DNA of 64,000 nucleotides, from the NCBI GenBank assembly GCA_002269645.1, contig NIVC01000228.1, positions 1 to 64,000 on the forward strand, in the 5' to 3' direction. This stretch comes from Macrostomum lignano. Taxonomy: Eukaryota. Positions 10,987 to 23,397 of this stretch are shown piece by piece; the first letter of the stretch is position 1, and the number at the start of each line of letters is the position of its first letter. A program made the translations under genes and the position numbers. The notes under the pieces were generated by a model. The model was not told where the DNA came from. It ran no database searches and saw nothing but the letters and a program-made list of their open reading frames with translations.

Positions 10987-12744
10987 GCCAAATAATTTGA
11001 TAGTTTTATTTCGTGTCGCGACAATTGTTGTTGGAGCAGATGGGCGACCCGCCATGCTGAAATTGGGTAAAAATTAATATAAGACTCTGAAAATAATTGA
11101 ACGAACAAAACTAAAGGATAGTCTATTAAGCTATACTATACTGGGCTATTAGTATCTGGTATACATTATCTAGTAGCACTAGGCCTAGCACATAGTTTTT
11201 ATTGGCACACATTAAGAAAGTTGGCATATATTTAAAATTTATTGGTGTACAATTGAAAATTCAATGAAAATGTATCCGGCATACACAGAAAACCTGCCAT
11301 ATGGGTCATGCCCTACTTGCAGGACATAGAAAACAGTTACAAAGGGCAGCTTATTTGAGGGCAGCCATCTCACTGTCACCCAGTTGCTAGATTTATGTTT
11401 TAAGTATCTAAGCTGCTAGATTTCATTTACCTTTGGGCATGCAGCCTATCTATGCATTAGATTGAACGCATAATATGCATAATAGTAAATATAATTTACT
11501 ATAATATAATAGTAGTGGGAAATCCATAATAGGATATTTCCAAATGGCTTTACTGGGTTCAATCGACGCCACAATTCCTCTAAATATGTTTCTTATAGGG
11601 TTTATAAAGTACCATGCATGGTGCATAGCATAGCCTTGCTAAATTTAAGACTTTACTTCCCACTGGGAACGGTTATGTCGTTACGACGTCGTTTTGACAT
11701 TGCACGTCGCATATAGAAGAGGTTTAAAATTTTTTTTTCTCAAAATCACGATGCACTGAGCAGCAAAAAATATTTTTTGCATTGAAGGCAAACGCAGACC
11801 CTAAAATAAAATTCTTTGCTACGTCGTATTTATGCTGCACTAAATACTTTCGTTGCGACCTGAGTGAAAATAATTTGAATGACAGGCTTTTGTAATATTA
11901 AATTAGGTTTGGGTTAGTATTTGTATTTTCTAAACCTGATAGCTTCTTTAGTTAGATTCTGTTTGATTTTACTTATTGCAAAATAGTTCATTTGGGCCTT
12001 AGATAGTAGGAATATAATTTGAATTTAACCATTAGAATAATAACTACCTTAAAAATAATATAAAGTTATAGGCTGGATATAAACATCAGAAGAAAAATAA
12101 AAAGACTAGAAAAGGGGACAAAAGATTTGAAAAGGTAAAGGGACCAAGAAAAGGATAAAGTATTTAGAAAATATTAAATTTATATTTATATTATAATTGA
12201 TCTTAAGAAAAATAGTAGTTGCAAATCTTGCAACTATTATCCAAATAAAAACCTATAGATACATTTAAGTATATATGAAAGTGTAGAGGTTAGGGTACTG
12301 AGGTGCTGAGGGCTAAGCCCATCTTTCGCTACATTTGGTTTCCCTTCTATACCATTATAATATGTAGTTATTTACTGTTTCAGTAACTTGGTTTCCACTT
12401 TTCAATTTCAATATTTAAATCCTGAATCCTGACATAATCACAACTTCCAACCCTAGGATCCCATAATCCAAATATATATGGGATTTTGGGATCCTGGGAT
12501 TGCAACCCCTATATATATATATATAGGGGTACTATATATATATATATATATAGTACTATAAAAAAGAAGTACTATATATATATAGTACTTATATATATAT
12601 ATATATATAGTACTTCTTTTTGTTGCCAGTTGTAGTTTGTAGCAAGTTTAAATGAGTTTATAGTTGCTTAAAGAGTAAAATAAGACCTGGAACTCTATTT
12701 TGGAATGAATTAACAATCATATTTCCCAATATTCTGATTTTTAG

Positions 12745-14389
12745 ATGGCTGACAGCCAGGCATTCCTACTTTTCTACCGTGCTGATGAAAGCTTCCAAAT
12801 TGTTCCAAGGGAACTTGTCTCTTTTCCCAATCCAGATGTTGCTTGCTATTCTAAGGAGAACTGGCTGGAATGTCTTAGTGAAGTGAATGTGATGGTCAAG
12901 TTGGAAGATGGTGAATATCAAGGTGTTGTTATTTAAGTGTCTGACAATGAGAGTAATTTGGTTGAAACATTGAAATCAGCACGCAAATTAAGATTTGAAA
13001 AGGCTTTACAGGTCTTTAACTTGCTGAGTTACTTCAAGCGATACAAGAGTGGCCGCGATAGGGACAAGGTTCCACCACTGAGCAATATTAGAACTGATAC
13101 TGAGGTCAGCGATGTAGAGCAAGAAGCTACTCGGAGGCGCATCCAGAAGCTGGATGCTACACCCAAGTCTTACTCCAGGGGCTCCCGGCCCGCACTAGTC
13201 CCATTGCCGCCGATTCTATCTAGACCTGCACACCGAGACACCATGGAAACTGCACAGCAGGAACGATGCAACGCCATATCAACTCCACAGCAGCAGGAGC
13301 GAATTGGCACCATGGCAACTCCGCCGGAACCAAATACTTTAAGGCGTGCTGGTTCCTAACGAGAGGTTAATGGCAGGTTTGGTCCAAATTTTCAGCCATA
13401 CCCTGATTTACTTGCTGTACGTGCCCTCACACCCGTGTCATTGGAAGGGCTATCGCATCTTGTGTTGCTTGCACTGAGTGAGTTAGCAAAGCTCAGGAAC
13501 GAAGTGAGACTTCTGCACGGGGCCTTCCAAGCTTCTGCGAGTACCACTGATGCAACAGTTCTGCCGTTAAATCTGGGACTTCCACTCCAGAACCGTCAAG
13601 AGTATGAGCAGTTTGTACAGAAAATACGCAGCGACTCTCAATTTGAGCAGCATGTTGTAAGTGGATTCTCAGTATTAATGTTTTGTATTGAAGAAGACAA
13701 ACAATTACGAGCCTTACCCTGTTACATCAGAAAGCTTTCTGAACCTATTCTTAGGTTGATCATCTTCGGCGCATCGGAGGTAGTACTGCGGACCAAACAG
13801 TCACTCAAGCAATCGAAGCACTGCTGTGCCCCCTACTGCAAACACTGTTCAACCAAACCGGAAAGGATTACTCTGTTCAGGGCCGACCAACTGGAAGCTC
13901 CAAGCTTCCGCTGATCTGCAGTAAGTAGATTGACTCCACGGGTTCATATGGCAAATTTAATGATTATGGATACATGTAGTATGTGACACTATGTTGATTG
14001 TTGACACTTTGATCTTATCTGTTCCAGATGCAATGAGCAACCAGCCAGGCGTTACGCAGGCAGATATCGAGGCTAGGATCCGTCGATACTTTAAGGATGC
14101 CGGTCAACGACTGAATCGCAAGCGTAAGAGCACGCCAGCTGTTGTCACCTCCAGTGCACACGAGGAGATCTCCGCTGACCACAATGGCGACGATGGTGAA
14201 GATGACGATGATGACTACTTTGAAAATATGCGCAGACCAAACTTATCGTATCACATATTGGATGAGTCGACGAATTACATATTTTCCCCACGTTTCTGCG
14301 CACTATTGATCATTGAGTCAAGGCCATCTTATTTTTCAATCGCCCTCAGTCTGTCTGTTCTTGGTACTTGCTTATATTTGTATGAGTAA
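12745..14389 (+). pseudogene. Accessory (ORF2) gene of EnSpm element 1, multi-exon, DUF4806/BEN-like C-terminal region
   Basis: ORF pieces 12745-13359 (in-frame TAA at 12934), 13435-13914, 13991-14389 inside the TIRs upstream of the transposase; LPLQNRQEYEQFVQKIRSD resembles the DUF4806 start; exon structure not fully resolved. Confidence 0.5.
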
Positions 14390-14657
14390 ATAAGTGCCAG
14401 CTTCTAATGTGAGCATCAGCTTGTAATCATAAGCATTTTTCTCAATGGTTGTAACTTTTTACTTATTACTTTGCTTGAGTAGCGAACATGTTAGAAGGAA
14501 AAATGAACGTTATTATTTTAATTTTGTAATATTAAGGATATACCTCACCCAGCAGCAAAATTAGGGAATTAAGGATAAGTATAGAATTAAGAAAGTCTAT
14601 CAAATCAAATTTTCAGCGTGCAATCATGTCAACTCAACAAAACTGTAACAAGAGGGC

Positions 14658-16821
14658 ATGGCATGGCATGCTATTCTTAAACTTTTGCAAGACTCGGTTC
14701 CATTGAACGTCGGAGGACACGAACACGAAGGTAGCACTAATGAAGAGGGGGGTGAGGTCGCCTTCGATGAATTAGACGATTTCGATTTCGAGGGCGACTG
14801 GCCGTCCTGTAATTCTGAGACCGAGAGTCCGCCAACAAGTGATGACGAGGATGATGAGGCAAGTCATGACGCTCCGGAGGTGCAGAAAGATGGGTCAAGG
14901 GAGATGGAGCTCATTTTCGAATTGCTTTATTTCATGACTCATTTCGGGATCAGCAAGCGTGCCATGGAGTTTTGTCTTCTGATGTGGGCCAAGCGAGGGT
15001 ATGCCGTGCCTCGATCTGTCCCAGGACTTCGGAAGTTTAGCCAGCAGACGTCCAGCTTTGATTGCGTGGCAGTTCCTAATGGGAAGTTTGGATACTGTGG
15101 AATTCTGGACAACATTAAATTTTGTGTTCAGCGAGGCATGTTGCTGCTGGGTGAGGTACAGAATCGTTTAACGATTTTCGTGAATTTTGATTTCCAAGGT
15201 TGGGCTTTGGCCTATCCTTATGACTATTAGCGGTTGTTCGTATTCGATCCCACTCCCTGTTGCTGTCTTTTGTGGATATGGCAAGCCGCCTCTTGAGACC
15301 TACTTAGCTGCTTTTGTTGACGAGTTGCACCATCTTATGACTAATTTTGTAAGTATCGGCAACCAATTTGTTAAAATTGGGCATTGCATAATTATTGCTG
15401 ATGCGCCGGCAAGGGCTTTTTTACCATGGATGAATGAATAGAATGGATTGCTATTCTGGCTCTGGCTATTTTCGTTTTTGACTCTTTTGCATCCGGTTCC
15501 CCCCCGTGCCTTTTCATTGGTTGATGATTGCCATAGACAATTTCGCTCGTGTTTTGAAATAAAGGGGGAAGACCTACGAGCGCTCGATATTCTCTGCAAG
15601 TAACTGACATTCTCAGTTCTTTGCGCTTGTGCATCGAAAGAAAGGGGCGAAGGCCGAAAATTGTCTATGGCAATCATCAACCAATGAAAAGGCACGGGGG
15701 GGAACCGGATGCAAAAGAGTCAAAAACGAAAATAGCCAGAGCCAGAATAGCAATCCATTCTATTCATTCATCCATGTTTTTTACTCGCTATTTTATCTCA
15801 TTCTGCTAAACTTGCGTGTGGCTACTGCAGAATTGAGGGGCATTTTTTGGCTGGAAGAATGTGCTTTCTGTATCAGCAGTGTGAAGCCCATACTAATCGT
15901 GCATACATAGCCTTCCAGGAGAACAACCAAACATTAATGTCTCCATTTTTGGGTCTTATTGATTTTGTACGCGATGTTCCACCCGAGTATATGCACTCAA
16001 TTTTGCTTGGTATATTCAAGCGCATGTGCACGTACATTTTTTCTCACGTTAAAGGGGTTCGTTTGCGTTGCCAACTATCTTTAGCTCAGTGGGAACAATT
16101 TTTAAAGCTTATTGGCACAGTCGCCAAGTGTCTTCCTCGCAAATTCTATCACAAGCTTCGAGATCTGCGTGAATTTGAAAATTACAAGGCGGCCGAATTT
16201 CTTACTTTGTTCATTTATCTCGCACCTGTTGTTTTTAAGCATTTTCTTCCTACCGATTTCTTTGATCACTTGATGCTCTTGAACTTTGCAACCTACTGCT
16301 TTGTATCAAAAGAGTACCATGATATCCATTTTGCCCCGGCCTCTGCATGTTTAGATTGTTTTTTTCAGCAAGCTGAGGCATTGTATGACTTTAAGCTACA
16401 ATCATACAACACGCATCTCCTGCAGCACCTTGCATTTTTTGTCCGGCTTTATGGGCCAATGGATGAGTGGTCATCGTTCCCATTTGAGAATTATAATTCA
16501 ATTTTGAAGCGGCGCATTCATTCCACGCGGAAAGTTTTTGAACATGCAGTCAATACGATGTCAGTTATTTGGGATGTTTTTCCCGTGTTTCAGCTGAGCA
16601 ACAATTTTTTTCTGCTTCATCCCCGGACAACTGTTGCATTCTGGGTGACAGCCAGGTTTTTCAGTTTTTCCAAGATCTCTATATTTCTCCATACAGGTCA
16701 CTTGAAATTCAAATTGGTATTTACTAACTTTCATCCTGGTATGTTTGGAATGTTCGGCCGAAGCGCAAGTAGCAGTGAGTTTGGTAGCAGTGAGTTTGTA
16801 ATTATCCCGTTTTGCAACTAA
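14658..16821 (+). pseudogene. EnSpm/CACTA transposase, frameshifted and MITE-interrupted
   Basis: VNFD../LWPIL, CGYGKP, ADAPARAF, CGYC, EYMHSILLG, YKAAEF, YNTHLLQHL, WSSFPFENY motifs; frameshift at ~15190; insertion at 15425-15776. Confidence 0.85.
15425..15776. mobile_element. 352-bp MITE with ~118-bp TIRs (CATGGATGAATG...) and 8-bp TSD TTTTTTAC; P-like termini
   Basis: Arms 15425-~15542 and ~15659-15776 are reverse complements; TTTTTTAC at 15417-15424 and 15777-15784; excision restores the transposase frame. Confidence 0.85.
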
Positions 16822-17989
16822 CTTTGCCTTTGTTCCACTACTGTTAATTCCTGATGTGTCCCTATATTTATGGCGGATTCATTTAGTTGCTGCTTGATTT
16901 GTGAATGATATTGTTTAATGCTGCACCAATTTTGTTAGTTTAAGTGCTACACCAACTTTAATTTTTTTTAATGCTACACTAATTTTACTTGTTTAAATGC
17001 TACACCAGACTTGGCAGATTCTTTCATCAAATTGTGCAAGTGTCTAAGAGCTGTTGATTGACAGCACGTTTTTGTGTACAAACTTTCTGTCTATTCCTTC
17101 CTAATTTCTTGTGACTTCTGCGTCTAAATGTTTTGTGTTTTGTAGTTTTGTGTCATAAAATATGCTCTTGTTATTGCTCAGTGTATTTTTTGTTATTCCA
17201 TTTTGTGTGGCCAATGTTAACTTGACTTTTTCATGTTGCATTTTGACTTTTATGTTTGTGCAATTATAAGCAAATAAAATTAATTAAAGCAGTTATCGTC
17301 TGGTTGGTTACACCCTGAAAACCTGTTTGTTACAAATGGTTGTTTTATTTAAATGGATCATAATAGTTGGTTTGTTGTTAACATTCAATTTAACATTATA
17401 GTGGATGATATCTACAGTATAAAAGACAGTAGCATACTACATATAGTATGAAATAATATGCAAAACGATGTCAATACAATCTGCTTACGACGTTGAATTC
17501 ATACTGAAATCTTAGGTTGCAACGACATTGTTGAACCAGAAACTTAGTAACCTTTGAAACAACACAGAAAAACAACGTTGTTACAATGTGATATTTCCCA
17601 GTGGGTTTTAGTTATTTGTTATTTGTCAACTTGTTAAAGATCATTGATGTTTAGATTTGACCATTGACCAAGCTATACCAAGCACTAAAATCCTATATTG
17701 AAAAATAGACTTGGCATAGTAGCAGGCCAAGAAAGTATGATCAAAATTTCTTTAGCTGCGGCCCAGGATGGAATTTTTGTACAAAATTGAAGTCGATTTG
17801 GCTCCCGCTCGTGCAAGATGGCTCCCCTAAGGCTAATACATTCATTTTTTGGATTTCCCTAGCGCGTTTCGGATTCCCGCCCCCATAGACCATAGAATAT
17901 ATGTATATTGATCACGAACGACCCTCGTGATAGATTTCCTCGTTAGATTGTACATACCATAGATAGCCAATTATAATCGAGAGCCGAAT

Positions 17990-19015
17990 TGACACACTAC
18001 GGCTTATGGGAGCCAAATTGCACGAGCCATTGATTCTTATGGGAGCCGTTTTGACATACTGATTCTTATGGGAGCCGTTTTGACATACTGCGGCTTATGG
18101 GAGCCATTTTGACACACTGTTGCTTATGGGAGCCGTTTTGACACACTGTTGCTTATGGGAGCCGTTTTGCACGAGCACTTTTGATACATAGATTCTTATG
18201 GGAGCCGTTTTGACACACTGTTGCTTATGGGAGCCGTTTTGACACACTGTTGCTTATGGGAGCCGTTTTGACACACTGTTGCTTATGGGAGCCGTTTTGA
18301 CACACTGTTGCTTATGGGAGCCGTTTTGACACACTGTTGCTTATGGGAGCCATTTTGCACGAGCACTTTTGATACATAGATTCTTATGGGAGCCATTTTG
18401 ACACACTGCGGCTTATGGGAGCCGTTTTGACACACTGCGGCTTATGGGAGCCGTTTTGCATGAGCACTTTTGATACATAGATTCTTATGGGAGCCGTTTT
18501 GACACACTGTTGCTTATGGGAGCCGTTTTGACACACTGTTGCTTATGGGAGCAGTTTTGACATACTGGTTCTTATGGGAGCCGTTTTGCATGAGCACTTT
18601 TGATACATAGATTCTTATGGGAGCCATTTTGACACACTGCGGCTTATGGGAGAAGTTTTGACACACTGTGGCTTATGGGAGCCATTTTGCACGAGCACTT
18701 TTGATACATAGATTCTTATGGGAGCCATTTTGACACACTGCGGCTTATGAGAGCCAAATTGCACGAGCCATTGATTCTTATGGGAGCCGTTTTGACACAC
18801 TGCGGCTTATGGGAGCCGTTTTGCATGAGCACTTTTGATACATAGATTCTTATGGGAGCCGGTTTGACACACTGTGGCTTATGGGAGCCATTTTGACATA
18901 CTTATTCTTATGGGAGCCGTTTTGCATGAGCACTTTTGATACATAGATTCTTATGGGAGCCATTTTGACACACTGTGGCTTATGAGAGCCGTTTTGCAGG
19001 AGCACTTTTGACACA
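17990..19015. repeat. Minisatellite of mixed ~29-bp (TTATGGGAGCCGTTTTGACACACTGTTGC) and ~43-bp variant units
   Basis: Roughly 30 units by inspection; inverted partial units at ~17790-17832. Confidence 0.9.
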
Positions 19016-19470
19016 CTGTTAGTCAGACTGGAATTTTTTCATCTGAAGCAAAGAGTAAAAGCATTTCTGACAGTTCAAGCTTACTGGAGCCAATCTGCAC
19101 AACTAAACTCAGCATATGGGGCGTATGAGAGCCGAATCGCATGAATGATTTTACCATAGACAGTTGAACGAAGTAGAATCGCGTAGATGGGTTACTAACG
19201 CAATTTGGTCGAAATCGAATCAGTCTATAGTGCATCTATATAATTAGCAATATCTGTTAACGATCAGACACGGCGACCTGTACAAAAGCGGTCTCAGTTA
19301 GGCGTGTTGGTCATAGACATAAAATATATATCGCGCGTTTCGTCGGTTATTTTAAACGATTAGCTCGGCAAATATAGAATTCTTCCCCTACTACGTCTTT
19401 TACACACTGAGCTTCTCAGTTAAATTTTATTACAAATTTACAAATTTATACATCTTCTTATCGAATAAAA

Positions 19471-21506
19471 ATGGCCGACGCTGTTATGACTGCTTGTCCG
19501 ATTTGTGGCATGTTGATCTCTAATAAGAACATGGCCAGGCATATCGCCAAGCAACATAGTAATTATGTCGACGAATTCAATTGGAGCACTGTCGTCGAGC
19601 CTCAGCGACCGGCTGTTGATGCGCCGATTATACTCAAAGCGAAGGCAATTTGGCACTCGTTGCGAGTACGGCAGCAACCAGCTGGACAGCTTAACAAGCG
19701 ACCATGTCCTGATTGTGGCAAGTATGTCAAACAATTGACAAGACATCTTGCCCATACATGTGCCCAAAGAAGACGTCGTCATCCAATTGTCGGACAAACC
19801 TGTCAAGCGCCTGGTGCGACGAGCGCATGCTTATCGGAGGCAAACTTGCATCGGACTGTTGAACTGCCTGTCGTCAGTTTATCCGCTGGTCCATCTACAA
19901 GTGGTTTACTCGACGGTGTAGACGTTGGACCAAGCAGTGATTCCAATTTTCAAACTGCGACCAAGACAGTCAACAGTGAACGCCGCCGCGCTCAAACGGT
20001 GACCCCGGCATCGAACACCGAACGTCAATCGGCAGCTAAGTTCGCAACCGGGCCGACCAATGCCGCGCCTGAGCATGTTAGACCGTGTGTCGTCGAATCT
20101 GTCGACGAGTTGTACAACCAAGTCGAACAGAGACCATCTGGCGACGACCATGTTCATCCATCGTCTAACAATGATTCGGTCGGCAACAGCATCGCCGATG
20201 CGACAATTCGAAAGGCGCGCCAATTCCAAGGTAATAATAATTAATCATTAAATTCTTCTATATTAGTAGATAGTATCGCACAATATTATTGTATACTTAT
20301 CGACGTGTACCAATTACATAGTTAATGGATATTGTTTTATGCTTAAACAACCAACAGGCTATTTGACTGATCTGCAAAAAACAGCTAGTCAACTTGACAG
20401 GCTTGCAGAACAGCTTCGTCCAGACATGGAGACTAGCGACGTAGACATTGTCGATGTGACACGTGTACTCCGTGGTCACGTCGAATTGGCGTCTAAACAG
20501 CTGGTCCGTGCACTCGAGACGAGCATCAGTCAGGTCAAGCGTCCTGCTATCGATAGACTGGCCAGCGCGGTACAACGGCACCAAGAAGTAGGAGAAGAGA
20601 TCGCGGTTGGTAACGTCGTCGCGACATCAGACGACGAGATTGTTGCCAGCTTATTGGACGCGATCGAACAGTGTGCCAAGGACAATGAAACTGCAGATTC
20701 TGAGCAGCAAGGCAGAGTCATTGTCGTACCAGCGCCGCCTGACAACGACCAAGCCGCCGACGTGTCGTCTGGTTCCGATGCCGACATTCAGGACGAAGCG
20801 GATGACAATGCGGGTGGTTCCGACAGCAGTGTGAGCGAGACTGATGATCCACTTGCCGTGATCGACTATGGTGAAGCACAGTCTATCGCCGAGGACATGA
20901 CTAAGCGACTTGTCGATATTTGGTGGAAAATTAATAACAAGATCGAAGAAAACAAGTCGCATGTCCATCGTCGGAAACAACTGACCACTGCGGTTCGTCG
21001 GTTCGAGGAACGCTTGCCAAATTAAAACATAAGCTGGGTGTCAGTCTGGAGACTTGGTTAAATGCTCCGCACCGAGTTGCCACAGATTTGACAGAGATGA
21101 AAACCCGCGGTGTCTGGCAAGCAAGTACCGCCGGAGTAAAAGCATGCCAATTACAGTGCATCCTAGCCGCAGTCAAGACTTTATTGGAAAATGAGTCTGA
21201 TTTCGGTGCCATCACTGTAATTAGGGCACTCCGGTTATCGGAACCACCCAACGGCGTATTCACTGGCGCAGCGGATGACGTCACTACCGCGGCCAGACTA
21301 TTACATGGAATAGCCAGCGGAGTAAAGAAGTTGTCCAGCAATCTATACCATCGAAAGACAGTGTCTGCGTTTCTAATACCTCGAATCGATGCTGTCTACG
21401 TAAGTACCTGTTTGTTTGTTTGTTTGTTTGCTTGATTATATTTTTGAAATTATAATCTATATTATGTGTAGATTAGAACTATAAACTATGATTGTGCATA
21501 TGATGG

Positions 21507-21564
<58 letters not shown>

Positions 21565-23083
21565 AAGAACGATAATGATGATAATGATGATACATAAAGA
21601 TTAATTTTTGCTTCTCTTATAATACACACAGGCGCAACTCGGACGGGTCAGCCGACAACAGGACAATCGGTACCATCTAAATGATGATGCGCGACAACAA
21701 AAATACACCGAGTTGTTCCTGACTGTCGAAGAGTATGACCTCGTAAGAAACAGGCTACTGGAATTGGTCAATATGATCGAGAAACATTCCTGGTCAGATT
21801 TACCAACAGAAGGTACCTGGTCCGACATTGCGCGGCTGGTCAATCAAACGAATTCTCCGCGAGGAAGATGGCGCGATTTCATAATGCCAATCAGTCGCGA
21901 GCTGGCATTCTTGGGCACTGCAATATTCCATAGCAATCGTGTATTGCCGTGGATTTATCTGTGTCGGCATCACCTCGAAGACGCGTTAAAAAACAAAGGC
22001 TCCAGTATGGATACCGTCATAACGCGATTACCACCTAGCGAGGTGCCACACAAGCAAGGTTCGCGAGGCCGTGGCGCAACACTGTTGTCACCGAGACGAT
22101 TGTGTCAATCGTTCATTCTATGGTGCGAAAAGTTTGTCACGCCTGCGCTCGAAGACCTAGATGTGCAAGTGCCCGATGAAATGCAATATATCTTCCCTAC
22201 TTCCAACGGGACGGCTCGAGTCACTGGTGACTATTCGAGGCTCGTGGTCGACGGTTCGGTTCGAGTGATTGGTCGCAAATACCGAGCCAGCGATGGACGG
22301 CGCAATCAATTGTCTGCGTATGCGCGTTTTCATCCGGACCAGATCGAACAGGTGACGCATTTGTACGACACTTCGAAGCCTGTTGTCACCCGGTACTACG
22401 CCGCCGCAGCAATTGACGCAGCCCGACTCGAAGTTGCTACCGACTTGAGGGACTGTTTCGAAAAGTTCGCCGTCAACCAAACTGGTGACGAGCGGAGCAA
22501 ATCGAAATGCGCAAAAGTCCAACAGTCCATCTTGGATGCGTCGACGCTTGCGACAGCAATCGAGCAGCAGACCAGTGAGTCGGTGACGAAGACGACGACG
22601 ACAACGGGAAGCAGACGACGACGACGACGAAGCGTTAGCATCGTATTGCCAGAGCAGCACGATCAAGCCGACGTTGATACTGCACCGACTAAGACGTCTG
22701 GCAAATGTCGCCGCTCTCAGTCGCTGTCGCCGCGTCCACCATCGTCCGACAAATGTCGCCTCTCTAAATCGCCGTCGCCGCGTCCGCCATCGTCCAGCAA
22801 AGTTCGCTCATTACCGCCGTCTCCGCGCTCGCCGTCGTCTGGTAAGAGTCGTCTGAAATCAAACTCTCACCAGCTGGCGTCGACATTGTCATCGTCGTCG
22901 AGCAGAATGTCGCGATCCAAGTCGCCACATTCGCCACCAACAAAAAAACGACGCGGTATTATCAATTTGCCGAACGTCGATCTAGACGCCGACGATGATG
23001 ACGATGCTGACGAAGACAGCAATGCTGACGAAGACAATTGTTCCTCAATTCTTTTCGAATTTTTACGATTACATTTGGCTTAA
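19471..23083 (+). CDS. Three-exon gene: two C2H2-like zinc fingers + acidic linker + tyrosine-recombinase-like (Crypton-like) domain + Ser/Arg/Pro tail; one 1-nt frameshift
   Basis: Exons 19471-20230, 20358-21399, 21632-23083 joined by phase-compatible GT-AG introns; 3254 nt = 1085 codons if one base is missing at ~21012; motifs CPICG..MARHIAKQH, CPDCGKYVKQLTRHL, HSNR, PHKQ..G.ATL, YIFPTSNG, ASDGRR, VTRYY. Confidence 0.55.
21502..21590. repeat. (GAT)n microsatellite in intron 2 of the recombinase-like gene
   Basis: Direct inspection. Confidence 0.9.
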
Positions 23084-23397
23084 AAGCTAAAGTTGTTCAA
23101 TAGATTTTAAATAACAGGTCCGTCCATGGATAATAATTATAATAAGCCGTTGTTAATTTTTACACTTGTTTTATTTGTGCGCATAATTGATTATTAGATA
23201 AAGCAAGTGACAATACATTTCACTATTAATCGTAGTTGTCGAATCTAAAGTCAGCAATTAATTAAGACTAAATACAAGTAATTATATTTCAATTGCATTG
23301 TACCTTATGGTTTGTTAGACACTTTGTTCTAAGAGAATTTACCTATGCTCTAAATACTAATTGGAATGAATTGTAATTGGCACAGTTAAACAGTTCA

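Larger units (their letters stand above)
11659..17605 (+). mobile_element. EnSpm/CACTA-superfamily DNA transposon (element 1), complete ends, defective
   Basis: Imperfect ~37-bp TIRs starting CCCACTGGGAA at 11659 and ending TTCCCAGTGGG at 17605; TT on both flanks (2-bp TSD); contains accessory ORF and transposase. Confidence 0.8.

Noticed and set aside
17990-19015. CRISPR-like appearance of the 29-bp array (also the 21-, 26-, 39-, 120-bp arrays)
   Set aside because: Units are contiguous with no unique spacers, and there are no cas genes; eukaryotic context
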